Below, piece after piece: positions 1 to 13,149 of a stretch of 64,000 bases of DNA. Location of the stretch: contig CM035356.1 of NCBI GenBank assembly GCA_020137815.1, positions 2,728,001 to 2,792,000 on the forward strand, in the 5' to 3' direction. The stretch is from Hormiphora californensis. Its lineage: Eukaryota > Animalia > Ctenophora. Each line of letters starts with the position of its first letter. The stretch's first letter is position 1. Position numbers and translations under genes: made by a program. The notes beneath the pieces are model-generated. The model had not been told where the DNA came from. It saw only the letters and a program-made list of their open reading frames with translations, and did not search any database.

Positions 1-396
1 AATGCTGGTTGAATTTCGTCTTTAGACAGTCATAAGACACTCTAAACATTGAGCTAGGATATAAACCCGGGTACCAAAATGACCGCCAGACAATTTCCTA
101 CAACTCTTATGAGGGATGCAATGTGATCCGAGCAACTTTGCATTTGTGAATTTTTCAAAACGTGAACCCCGGTCGGATTTCATGAACACGTAATTTTGAC
201 TTTACGACGATATATCTGACGATTGGTAAGACTTGGAAAGTCAATCTTGCAACCAAAATGTTCGCCAGACAATTCTCTAGAACACTGGTTTTTGTTAGAA
301 CCATTTTGACCAATTTTTCGATGAGTTTTGGTTAGTTTAATGGAGCCCGGTCATGACCCAAAATCGCAGGTGATGCAAAGACAGTGGGACACCCTG
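1..396. mobile_element. Right end of a Tc1/mariner-type (ITm) non-autonomous element
   Basis: Ends GTGGGACACCCTG|TA (reverse complement TACAGGGTGTCCCAC), a Tc1/maT-like terminus with TA target. Internal degenerate repeat CCAAAATG..CGCCAGACAATT at ~75 and ~253. Left end is outside the window. Confidence 0.5.
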
Positions 397-424
397 TATT
401 TCGTTTTGTTCACGAGACTACACG

Positions 425-471
425 TGAGAGAGAGGGAGTGAGAGAGAGAGTGGGGAGTGAGAGAGAGAGTG

Positions 472-509
<38 letters not shown>

Positions 510-510
510 A
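425..510. repeat. (GA)n microsatellite
   Basis: Direct reading. Similar GA/CT tracts at 4109-4150, 5663-5830, 11965-12102, 14620-14820, 30633-30688 and 52118-52236. Confidence 0.95.
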
Positions 511-2499
511 GGAGAAAGATAGAATCGGCTATATCTGTTGCTGTCGTTCTTTGAGAGTTCGCGCGCGTTGGGAGCGAGAGGCGCTTCCGCGTCTCTCTTC
601 TCTCACTCCCTGCTCCCTTCCCGCGTATAGAAAAAGTAAGGATGCGCTAGTAAACAGATAGAATGGTCGAGGAAGACTATGCATGAAAGTAATGAGAAAA
701 ACTGTGAGTCTCTCCTACAAGCATGCGGCGTATGGCAGCCTCCTGTCTAATTTGTTAAACTATTCGGAGTAAAAAACAGTGCATGAGGGATGACTTGTTT
801 TGAAAAACAAGGTTTAAAACCTATAAAAAGACAGAGAGAGAGAGATGTTTGAGGCGACAAAGCGACTAGAGATCAATCAATTGAGTCATGATGACTAGGT
901 TGATACAATTGTAATTGACAAGCAGCTTGAGTCAGGGCATCTTGTGAAGCTGATAGAAAGGGATGATTGATGAACACGCATTAAGAGGAACATGACATAA
1001 TCTGTATCAGGCACTGGCGAGGAATATTATACAGATCCGTGTTTGGGAAGCAATGGATGTCAATAGTACTACTGTTGAAAAGTTACGTAATGTTGTTGAC
1101 GATGAGTTTTATGTCTGCATGCTTATATATCATGATCATGTCCTAAAATACTCAATTGCCTGCATACTTATTCGGCTATATTGGCAGAGAACTAAAACAC
1201 AGCTCTACAAAAGAATAGCGTACTAAATTAAAAATGTTGCACTACAAAAAATATAAGGCTCCTCACGATGATCTCTATTCTCCCTCCCTCTCTCGACTCT
1301 CCCTCCCCCTCTCCCTCACCTCCATCTCTCTCTCTCCCACCCACAAACCTCATCTGATTCGTCGTGAAGGGAAACCACATCTTCAATTGTAGTGGTATCC
1401 GCAGTAGAGTGGGGACGGTTCATCATATCAGAGGAAAAACTATACGAAAGATTAAATGGGCACACAGCTTTCAAGCGTGCTGAATGAAGTTTATTTCGTC
1501 TCTCTCCCTCGGCTGGTGTCTCTCTCTTTCCCTCTCTCTCTCTCAAGCATATATATAATGCGTATCAGACCATGTCTCTCTTTATGCATTTAAACATTGC
1601 TCAGGGGGGAGTTTTTCATAAAACTATATCTCTCATTGGAAGGCTAAAGGTCGAGTGCAAAAAACCATCAAAGCGTCCATGCGAAGGGAGACCACAAGAT
1701 ATGCCCACGACCAGGTCATATGATGGTATTATATGTATTGTATTATTATTAGATCAGAATATTTCGATTGGAAATGGCAAAACTATACTGCAAATGTACT
1801 GCAATTTACCAGATGCAATGATAAAAGACTGGGATGGCGGCAGGTGGTATTTGATCTATCGATACAGATTTACGAATATCTGTTAAACCTCTCCACAGAG
1901 ATGTATCTAGTGAAGACTCGATACAGATCTCCATCTACCGATGCATGACAATAGTAACACAGGATATATATTGGAAAGCAATATGTTCATTCGCTGAACT
2001 TTCTGCTTGACAGTAATAAATAATGGTTCATGAGAGTTCCTTGGAATACATTCAAAATATCCGGTACTAGCACTAGGTTTCTAGTTTCCACGGAAGATAC
2101 TGCTCAATTGAAACATCCTGTGGGAAGCTTCTAAAAGGTAGCTGGGATAATACCGTATTCACATTATATAATGTGTTAGCAAGGATCGGAGAATGCCAAT
2201 ATCTCGATAGGAGAAGAAGGAGGAGGAGGTTGATTTTTACAAGTTTTTGTCAAGGAATATCACACTGTGTAAAACTAGATGATCTAGGACCCCCCCCCCC
2301 CCCCCCCGTGATAGGACTCGAGGTCTCCTCTTTGATCTCTTACCAAGTCTTCATCAATAATTAGGGATTGGTCGGATGGTAGGGATTCCATATAACATCG
2401 GGAATCCAGCGTGGTAATACTACTACTACTAGTAGTATCCAGCGAGTCTTGTTACAGGAACAACAACCCGTTGTTTTCCATTGATACCCACTTTTTTGG

Positions 2500-3880
2500 C
2501 AAATGGAAATTTTATTTTGGAAATTTTTAGAAATTTTTAGAAATTTTTGGAAATTTTTGGAAATTTTTAGAATTTTTTGGAAATTTTTAGAAATTTTTAG
2601 AAATTTTTAGAAATTTATGGACAATGGAAATTTTTGGAAGTTTTTAGTAAATGGAAATTTTTAGAAATTTTTAGAAGTTTTTAGAAATTTTTAGAAATTT
2701 TTAGAAGTTTTTAGAAACTTTTAGAAGTTTATATAAGTTCGTCGGTAACCTAATTCCAAGGTAATGACAGGTAATCTATGCATGTTTTCGACAGTAAGTT
2801 AGTACTTATTCTCGCTATATCCCTTATCGAGTTTAAAAAAGAGTTTAAGTTTCTATATTGTATGCTAAGAAACCTGATCTACTACGGTATTAAGCATTAG
2901 TCATGGTAAAAGGACCCGTCCGAAGGAATATTTAAAAGTAAGTTACCAAATAGCACCTTATATAAGTACATAAGGTATCTTGTGCTATTTGGTAACTTAC
3001 TTTTAAATCAGTTTTCGAGACGTCCGCGTCCTTAGTTGTCCAATGAAGCTATGATTTCTGAAGAAATTGTACGGATTGCCCAAAAATATATGATATCGAT
3101 GTCTTATCTATCATTCAATAACTTATTGATGCTCAGTTGTCACAAGAGGTAAGGAAAAGGAACCAGTTCTTCGACAACTGTGTTTATATATTTTCAAGTT
3201 TTTGTTAATTTTTCTTTTCTTGGTCAATGGAAATTTTTGGAAATTTTTAGAAATTTTTAGAAATTTTTGGAAATTAATGGAAATTTTTGGAAATTTTTGG
3301 AAATTTTTGGAAATTTTTAGTACTAAAAACTTCTAACAAGAATTATTTGCATTATGTATCCATAATGCTACGTTTCCCTGCCCTCTTCGATGTGCCATTC
3401 AACTCGCCCAACAAGTAAGCTGTCCGCAAAATGGGGATTTGTGTTTTTCGAATTTTTGAACAAAACGCAGAATAGATTTTTCAATTTCTCCATTTTCCCC
3501 GATAAAAACATGCGGCCGATATAAAACAAATTTTGCCGCGCGTTACAGTTTATAGCCGTGCGCCCCTCATAAAATTTCAATTGTTTGCACGTGCGCATGT
3601 TACTCCGCAAGTGTCAGATCGTGCCCGCCGCAGGGTTGCCCCTCGCAACGAAAGTGTGACCAAAAAATGTCCCTCTACCGATTAGTTAGTATACCAAAAT
3701 GTCGTTTTCGAATTCTAACCCTGCTATGCCTTTTTACAAAGTAAAAAGGCATCCGGGTGAATGCCTTCGGCATTCACCCGGGCAGGGAAAAAATTTCTAA
3801 AAACTTCTAAAAATTTCTAAAAATTTCTAAAAATTTCCATCGATACCCTGATTTTGGCAAATGGAAATGGAAATTTTTAG
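2500..3880. repeat. Composite repeat: (AAATTTTTAG/G)n 10-mer arrays in both orientations with internal hairpins; probable foldback-type transposon relic
   Basis: 10-mer arrays at 2510-2730 and 3225-3320, and reverse-complement at 3790-3840. 27-bp perfect inverted repeat 2930-2956/2982-3008. Tandem hairpins 3726-3781. Confidence 0.6.
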
Positions 3881-4107
3881 GTTGAACCCCCCCCCAACCC
3901 GTGGAGGTTTATGGAGTGGAACAACAACACTTAAAGCGATGTTTATGGAGTGGGGTTATGTCACAGCTCGACCCAGTACCCAAGTTGTATGGTGAATACT
4001 AAGGTCTGTAGAGAACTATTGGTCTCGGGGTCGGTGTGAAAGAAGGGATGACTAATGACAAGTGTAAACAAGCAAATATCAACTGAGTAGGAGGTCCTGG
4101 GAAGACA

Positions 4108-4155
<48 letters not shown>

Positions 4156-5654
4156 AAGAAGGAGAGATGATAATAGAGATGAGAGTAGATACTATACTCT
4201 CTCTCTCGTCTCTCGCCGCTACATACTTCTCTCTCTTCTCTCTATCTCTCTCTCGTCTATCTCTCATCTCTCTCTTCTCTCTCATCTCTTTCTCTCTCTG
4301 GCAAAATAGATGTCTCTTGTCATTCTACGCTACCTAGGCGTCTAATATTTCGCCCGTTTTTTCATTGTTTTCATACTTCACATAATGTTTGTTTGTCAGT
4401 TTGTTTGTCACGTGACGTCAGGGAAACTTGATTAAAAAACCCGGGTAAGTTCGGCCCCCCCGGGCGGGAAAAAATTTCAAAAATTCAAAAAAAATTTCAA
4501 AAATTTCGTCCCCAATTTTAAAGGAAAGGGTTTTTTGGGGGCCCCCCCCCCCAACCCTTTTTTTTTAGGAGGGAAAAAAAAAAAAAACTTTTTAAAATTT
4601 TATTCAAAAACCCCCCCCCCCTTTTGATGAAAAATTGAAAAACCCTGGGGTTTGGGTGAAAAAAATTAAGCAAGTTAAAAAGTTAAGGGTAGGGCCCCGG
4701 AAGGGGGGGAAGGGAAAAAAGGGAAAAAAAAAAGGGGGGGGGGCTTTGGGGGGGGGAGATTTTCCAAAACTTCCGGGGGCCTAAAAAAAAAAATTTTTTT
4801 AAAAAAAAAAAAAAAAAAAACCCCCTTTTTTTTCCCGGGAAAAACCCGGGGGCTTTTTTTTTTTAAAAAAAAAAAAGGGGCCCCGGGAAGGGAAAAAAGG
4901 GGAAAAAAGGGGGGGGGAAAAAAATTTTACTTTTTTTTTTTTTTAAAAAAATAAAATTTTTTTTTTAAAAAAAAATTAAAAATTCTTAAAAATTTTAAAA
5001 TTTGGGGGTAATTTTGGGAACACAATTAAAATAATGGGGGGATTAAAGGGGACCTATAATAAAAAACCGAAAATTGGGGAAAACATGAGTAAAAAATTTT
5101 TCCCGGGGGGGGGGGGGTCCCGGGGGGCGGCCCCCCTAACCCCCCCCACCCCCCCCCAAAAACCCCCCCCCCTTTTATTTTTTTCTTTTGGACCCAAAAC
5201 CCCCATTTTTTCCAGAAAATTTCAAATTTTTGACAGTTGGGGGAACACTCTATCAATCTCCTCACCCAAATTTTTGGACCCATCCCAATAAATAGCATGT
5301 GTGATGCCTGACCAAAATCATAGTGCACAAAAATTGGTCAACGCAGCGCCTTCAGGTTTGCAAAATTCCCAAAATTTTGACAGTTAGGGGAACTCCATAA
5401 CTATCTGGGTCCTTTCGGGACCCCCCCCCCCCCCCCCCCCCACCCTAACCACCATGGATGTCAGATACAGTTGGGTCTTCTTCTGGTGTTTAGGTTATGC
5501 GGTTAGATTTCTAAGATTTCATATTAGCTCTGATATATTGCCTGCTGCATTTTCCTATCTTATCACCCAGTAGGTCTTACACAGTCGTGATAAATTCATT
5601 TCATTTGACCATTTTACATGTCCATCTGTCTTTTTCCTGTCTTCTTTCTATCCT

Positions 5655-5748
<94 letters not shown>

Positions 5749-8447
5749 CCCCTCTCTCTCTCTCCCTCTCTCTCTCTCGCTCTATCTCGCTCTCTCCCCC
5801 TCTCTCTCTCCCTCTCTCTCCCACTCTCTCTACAATGTGTCCAGGAGGGGAAGGTGTCCTCTCAAATACAGCTTGACCGTTCAGCGAATCACTTTACACA
5901 CTGACACGGCGTATCCCGTTTTCACTGCTGCTCCTAGTCTACCTCTACGATCGAGCCTCTATCGGATTTAGGGATCCCACATTTGTCCCTGCAGTTCCCT
6001 TCTGTCACCATGCACTCAATCTAGTGCAATACAAAGCTATACATGATGTCCCTTCAGACGTCCCCCCTTGAATTATCCATCTCTTTCTCATATGCAACTA
6101 TTATATATGGACTTGTCAAGCAGTTTTCCGCATTGTAAGCCTGACTATACATTCCAATTTAGTAACCGAGTATATAAGACTTGTTGTTTACAGTGTAATA
6201 TGAAGACGATTGGTAACTATGGGCCCAGTTAGAGATTTTACTACTGGAGCCAGGTTCTTGATGCCAGAGAACTACTCTGCTGCTGACACTGTCGCGTGGC
6301 GCTACTTTCAATGCAATTCACATCGAAATCCCTGCTAGTCATCGAAGATGTTGCGCGCAGCATGGTTCATAAGGATTCTCCCAGCTAACTCCTGGTGCCA
6401 GTTTCCAATCCTGGTGCCAGTTTCCAATCTGCAACTGGAGCGTACTGGACTGATTATCTTATTAAGTTATGCTTTTGATAACTCAAATTCTCCGTCGTAT
6501 CTTAATGATAGCTTTAGACGTTTGTCCAGAAGCAAATAGTGTCAAAGTTCTCCTATACGTGAATTGTTATCTCCTCTATAATTATAGTGGATCTTCAGTA
6601 ATGAAGATCCTGTAAACACCAACATGACGTGTTCCTTTGGTTGTGATGCCGTGATGGGCTGGGAACTGGATATCAGACCAGCACGTGTCAAAACTACACA
6701 GTTTGGTCCGTGGGGTGATGCTACTGGCCGGTTTGTGTGGCACCTCTTTCACAAATATATGTACCACCCATTTCAACAGATCCCTGTCCATGTTGCTTTA
6801 TTGCTAGTTGATATATAATAACTCTCCTAAAATACCACTGTGGACCTCATCCAACTACCCTATTGCCCCACTTTATTGCTAGTTGATACATGACGTCATG
6901 TTTCTTCCTACAGGGTGTGGCCTTGTACCGCTGGGCGACGTGGTAAGAGGGCATCACGGAGGTGCAAACGAGGCAATTCAACTAGAAAGGAAGGAGGAAA
7001 GAGAACCACAGTGAACATGAAGTAAGAGTTGTAATAATGAATTTTATAAAGGTAAATACAAGCTGGAACTGGATAGATGAAATCATGGTTCCTATTTCCA
7101 TTTATACTTTACTTACTGAGTTGAGAGTGTTGAGAGATCTTCTTCGGGCCATACCACACTAAAAAGTGGTAATTACTAATTCTCTGTAGATCTATAGTTT
7201 GAATCACAACTAAAAAGTAAAAAAGTGGCACAGTAATTACTAAAAAATTAATCAATTAATTACTAATTCCCTATACAGATCTATAGTATCCTATCCATCG
7301 TCACACTTGAAGGACTATATCAAGGGGAAGGAAGCAAGGAGAGCAAGCAAGAAACGCGAGGAGGTTGGAACTGCAAAAACTGGTATGAATATAATTGTAA
7401 CACTTCTTGTAAAACAGCACTCTTGTAAAACTTAAACAAGCACCGTAGAAGAGGCTAGAAAAGGGAGATGGAGGGAGAGTGGGTAGAAATGGAGAGAGAG
7501 AGAGATAAGGGGAAAGATCAGGTTTTTGAAACATCGGGCGTTTTTATAAAGTTTTAAGAGTAGGAAAAAACAAAAGGGGAATTTAGGTCAGTTGGTGGGG
7601 GAAAAGTCGGTCGAATAGAAATTTCTTAGGAATTTTTGATTTCCCTAAATTCCCTTGATTACTTTTCCCAAACCCATCTCTCCTATCCTCGTCTCTTATT
7701 TCTCAAACCCAAAATTCTCCTTATCTTCCCTCTCTCTCTCTCCTCTCTTCTCTTCCTCCCCAAAAACCCTCCTCTCTCTCTCACTCCCTCTACTCTCTCT
7801 CTCCCTCTCTCCCTCTCTCTCTATCTTTTTCACTCTGCCTTTCTTTTTGAAACGATGCCGAAGCGTGTCGATTGGATGACAGAAACAATAAAAAGAAGGA
7901 GACAAGCAAAATAAAGTTCAAAAATACAAAAGTGTTAGAAGCTCGGAATTTAGAAAAAGGAGATTGATATAGTGAGATAAAGGTGGAGTTATATAGAGCG
8001 ATTAAGATTATTGAGGAATGATCAAGCAAGGGATATTAGCACGTGCTGTAACAAACACATCATCATCATCATCATCACGTCCGTGTTTACAATTACTTAC
8101 TACTGATGTCACGAAGTGCTTAGTTAAAAGTCAATCAACAAATCTAAATGACACATATCCTGATCATATGTCATGACTGTGAGTAACGTGTCAGTAAATC
8201 GTAACATGTACTAAAGATGCATGCTAGCAATGTTTTGGACCCATTGTGACATTATTTAATCAAGTGACACACTCCAGTGAGTCGAGCAGTGTAAAGGCAT
8301 CTTGACTTGACATTTGAAACCTAATTGTTCATGTGTGTAGTTGTAACAATTTCCCCAACTTTTCTCTCACTCTGTCTCTCTCTCTCTCTCTTCTCTCTTC
8401 TCTCTTGATTATATCCTGCTTACTCTCCCGATATCCCCCTACTCTAG

Positions 8448-9987
8448 ATAAAAGGGTAGTTAGTCTGACTGACGTGAAGCTGTGTGACTACCAGGATCTC
8501 ACCCGGATCAAATATAATCTTCCCAGCCTGTCCCAGCAAGTTATCAAGTATGATGCCATTAGTCCGTTCTCTGCTGAGCAGGTAATTAGCAACAACTTGG
8601 TAGTACTCAGGAACCGACCGAAACAAGTAAAGTTTACTGTAAACAACCAATCAGAACCCGTTATTTAGGTCACGTGACTGGTTATCAGCCAATCAGGGAC
8701 CAGTATTTCCTGATTCGGTCGGTTCCTGGTAGTACTACTGGTAGTAACTAGGTATACAATCTAAAGTCTACAGGGGTTAGTATACTTTGCAGTTTAGTAA
8801 GCGGACCCTAAACACCTAGCTTAGTAATTACACAGTTTCATATTCCCATACAGTTACCTTCCCATACAGTTTCATATTCCCATAGTTACCATAGTTACCT
8901 TCCCACAGGTATCTGCTGGGCTGCAGCCTCGACAACTCAAAAGAAAGACACCCAAGCTGGCAGTCCCTTACTCAGACCACTTGACACAACATTGGAGTGA
9001 GATGAAGGCTAGTGGAATATGTACTATTATAGAACCACGTGACCCTAAGACATTCACTAAGAAGGACCCAGAACATACCACCAGTCCACAACACAGCAAG
9101 AAAAGCAACACGGTAAGTAGTCCCATACACACATGTCTTATTGTCTGTCTGGCGGCGCCAGCGCGCTCAGATAGGGTCCGGTGCGCCAGATAGCTCATTG
9201 TTGTAATAATTCACCCCCTCTCTCCTCTCTCAGGACCAGCCAAGGTCTCTGTTGGTACCTAGTGGGCGACTCCAACATGCTCACTATCACCAGCCCCAGG
9301 GAGGTGATTCTACAGTGGTGGAGCCTACTAGGACAACTAGAGTTACCAGTTATAGGTGTGAGAGCGGTAGGAATACACTCATGTGGCAGGCACCTCTTAG
9401 CTACGATATCCGTAAGTTGGGGTATATCTGATCTTCAGGAGCAACTTGACACAAGTAATCCACAGATTTATCATTGTTCACGAGATACAATTGATTGTTG
9501 AGCTCATGTATTATTTCCATTAAAATTTGTATTCACAAAATTAAAAAGTTCATCAATCCAACGTGTCCTAATAATTACTCCATTGACCCAATAATTCTCT
9601 GTTTCAGCGTCAAACAACACCCTTCACTTCCCTGATATTCAAGCGGTTGTGAAGCTAACAGAACGTGCCATGCAGAACGTCTTCTTGTCCCCTGTCCCCG
9701 AACCAAAACAATCACCACCGGAACTAGTTAACTGCTGTACCCCAAAGAGCTATAACCTGGCCCGGGAGATAGCCAGGTTGAACACTCGTCAGAAGGGTGA
9801 CCAACAACAACAGCAGGGGAAGGGTGGAACGGTATCGGGGGGAGAGGGTGTTAGAGCACCAGGGAAAGAGAACTGTGTGTACTGTAAATTGGTTATGAAG
9901 AGGCTGGATTTGTATCATAGTTCTCAGTTGGGACTGACTAGTGAGAGGATGTTGATTTATAAGAGAATGCAGAAACAAACACACTGA
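8448..9987 (+). CDS. Multi-exon gene of unknown function (5' exon unresolved)
   Basis: Open exons with canonical AG/GT boundaries at ~8448-8581, 8909-9111, 9294-9411 and 9608-9987 (DKRVVSLTDVKLCDY...LIYKRMQKQTH*). No family recognised. Confidence 0.6.
8608..8728. mobile_element. hAT-type MITE (121 bp) in an intron
   Basis: Perfect 15-bp TIR CAGGAACCGACCGAA / TTCGGTCGGTTCCTG. Perfect 8-bp TSD GTAGTACT at 8600-8607 and 8729-8736. Confidence 0.9.
9145..9193. mobile_element. Ultra-short MITE (49 bp) with CTGTCTGGCG termini
   Basis: Imperfect TIR CTGTCTGGCG / CGCCAGATAG. Near-perfect 8-bp TSD CTTATTGT / CTCATTGT. Related copies at ~10151-10185 and ~62019-62085. Confidence 0.6.
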
Positions 9988-11972
9988 GACGGCAGCTATT
10001 CATTTTATAGGTGATCAATAATGTCAAGATTCCAGTTACTGGCAAGTTTTGAAGTGGTTGTGAAGGGGATATTGTTCAGACATTCAGATGTTCAGGTGAT
10101 AGGGATGCGATGAATGAATTTTTATCGAACAGAATGTTGTTGCAAGCTGCCTGTGTGCTCAGATCGGGTCGGCGCCGCCAGACAGGGTGGAGGACTCTTG
10201 TTGTTTTTATGTGGAACTAAATATTATTGTACTGGGGTTCCAATATATATTTGTTAAATAATTTCATTATGTCAGGTTAAAACCGTATTATAACCTAATC
10301 TAATAATACTGATACTAAAGTTAGATTTCACTCATCCCAAATTATCATCCCCTCCCTAGTGATGTCACTTGTTTTCTACCAACCCTTTAATTCATTCCAG
10401 CATACACACTTATTATTATGAAATTAAATATGTTAAATTCTTATCGCCATCTAGCTCACTGGATTCGGTATCCTACAGTTCATCGTCCCTTCAGCTACCC
10501 TCCCCCTCTCTCGCTCTCTCTCTCCCTCTAGAGCCCAACCTGTTATATCTCAGGTTTTATGTTATTTGACAGATAAGCACGCGTCTCACATTTCATCCAA
10601 GCTCTCTCTCTCTCTCACTCTCTCTCTCTCTCCCTCCCTCACCGTGCCCCCGGCAACCCTATCTTTTATCGTTCTGTTTATGGGCTTTTATTGGTACCAT
10701 GTCCGTCTTGCCGGTCTTTACTGAGACCTGGAGTTTAATCGTGCCACTAGGAACGCCTACTGAGATTGGTAGCCGGTAGGGTATCCGGTATACGCTGCAG
10801 CAGAGATTGCAAAATAGTAATCTACTGAAGGAACTCTTTGAGGGGGGTCCCTGTGCCTCGTGTACAACGTGCCCCTCACACACACGCCGTGATTGACTGG
10901 TTTATATTCACAGGTCCTACAATAGTTGTGTTCGGTGTTCCTGCGACTTTTCCACTTTGTCTATATCGACTTGAGGCATTATTATACAGCACTCATGACC
11001 GGCTTTATCCTATAGTATTCAGTGAGCGAGGGGGATTATTATACCGTACTGATTGCTAATGTAACCTAAACAAAACATTGAGTTGAGAGTAAGGGGTGTT
11101 ACTGAACAAGTTAGACCAGCTCATGTTACACATGCTGCCAGCTAGTTCGTGTCTGATTTCAGCGTTATGTGAACTTGATGTGATGTGAACAAATGCGATA
11201 TATGAGCTTCAACTATGTAGGGGGGAGAGACATGCGACCCCCTCTCTTGTACAACTGTGGTTGACTCAAGATTCGATTTCCTCCCTCCCTTTCTCAACTA
11301 TCTCGGAGAGCACTAAACTAGTAGCTGCTGGACACCACAGTATGCATGTCACAGCACTATATAACAACCGCTCGATGCTTAATTTTCCATCCCCCCTCGC
11401 TCTCTCTCTTGTTTTTAGACTTCGTTTTGTTGACCACACTGTTTTATACTGAATTCCGTGCAGTCACGTGACTATAACACAGCAGTTCTAGTTGCTAGGA
11501 TACTCTTTGCTCCAAATTCCCACGCTTTTCAAGGAGGGAAAAAACAACATATGGGTGGGGCTAGCCCTTCCTTTTTAGAGTTACAGACCTTGTTGCTTAG
11601 CTGTCAGCTTATTACAGCGCATCTTTATAGCTAGAAATTAGTGAATACGTCGTGTGTTTTTGATTGGTTTTCTTTGAATATTGTAGAATATTGTAGAACA
11701 TTCCGCATGTCACGATTTTTGACAATCACTCCTTCTCTCGCCCAACCGGCCAACCCTTTGATTATTCCTTCCTACTTGGCAACTGCTATAACCAGTTCAA
11801 CAACTAACCAGGCAGATTTAACAGGGCGAGATATATCAGGGAGAGAGATATGATCTCTAGATATCCAGGAAATGCAGCTACTAATCAGATTAGGTTTTAC
11901 TCCCTGCCCCCCTGCAGCTCGTTTAGCTCCATAATGAACGTGTTGCATCTTGTAACTATCGAGGAAGAGAGA

Positions 11973-12037
<65 letters not shown>

Positions 12038-12045
12038 AGAGAGAG

Positions 12046-12106
<61 letters not shown>

Positions 12107-13149
12107 CTATGGTAATCCTTCATTCTTCCTGGTTTAGCAGCTGAGAATATTGTTGCACAATGCTGGCGAGGCCTTCTCATCACCCTTTAACTCACTTCCT
12201 CTCGCTCTTCCCCTTTTTATATTTCTTCCCCTATTTCACTATTTCAGCTTTCTGGTGGCTCCGACCCGATAGTTTTAAGAATTTAAACGGGGTCTGGGGA
12301 CAGCTTTTGTCCCTTCATTTTGCAGCACCCTTTCTCCATCATCCCTCTGCACTGTCAACGTCTCGTGTGTGTTTTGAATCATGATAAAGCTATCATAGTG
12401 AATTCAAATTATAATGCAAAGTATTTAGTGACACAATTTTGAGATACATATCCAGGGGGTGCGAGATATTTAGTAGTGACGCACAATCCTGTGAAGGGTA
12501 TAACTTTTGTAAATCAATTGCTTTTCATCATTATCTCTATTAAAATGAAATTTCTCTCACCCCTCCCTGGCTCCCACATATCTTTCTCACTGACTCTCTC
12601 TCCCCCTCTCTCTCTAATTCTCCTTCTCCCTCTCATTTTTATTGATTGTGGAGGCTCCACTAATTTGTATGAACGGCTAAGTAGTTTAATTGCGCTTTCT
12701 TCCCATGGGACTTTTGAAGTTTTTTGTTGTTCTCCACCGGAAGATGTCTGCTTTCTGTATTTCCCTCTCTCTCTCTCTGATCTTGTCTACCCAAAACGAC
12801 AACTTAGTAAGAACGCGACACGTCGAAACAATTCATTTAGCAAGAGTTCCCACTTCTTTGTAAAGAAACTGTCAACCTCAAAACCTTTAGCAGGAGTAGT
12901 TTGAGTTCAATTAATATGTCGTGAGTTCTGAGTTCGCCGCCCTTTATAGTTGTTACCATTCCCCCCGTTATATAATAGAGCTGTCCAAAAGGTATCTTTA
13001 ACCATTACGGCAGGCATTCGAGAAGAACAAGGGGTACTGCCTACTATAATAACTGAAGTAGATTACTGCAGAGCCCAATCTGTTACGATATTAACCGCAA
13101 ACCACCACACACACACACTAGATATATTGTTCAGGAAGTAGTGATCCAC

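Noticed and set aside
4440-5250. Homopolymer-run region and its ORFs (5026..5328, 5034..5291)
   Set aside because: Alternating long A/T/G/C runs are typical of low-quality consensus, so it cannot be interpreted as a gene or a G-quadruplex system.
5587-5971. SLSLSL/ERERER ORFs here and at 11850, 14514, 21332, 31891 and 52067
   Set aside because: Microsatellite read-through, not coding.
6190-7025. Possible small + strand gene (exon-like segments at ~6588-6710 and ~6914-7020)
   Set aside because: Splice sites are plausible, but I could not build a consistent frame or recognise a product.
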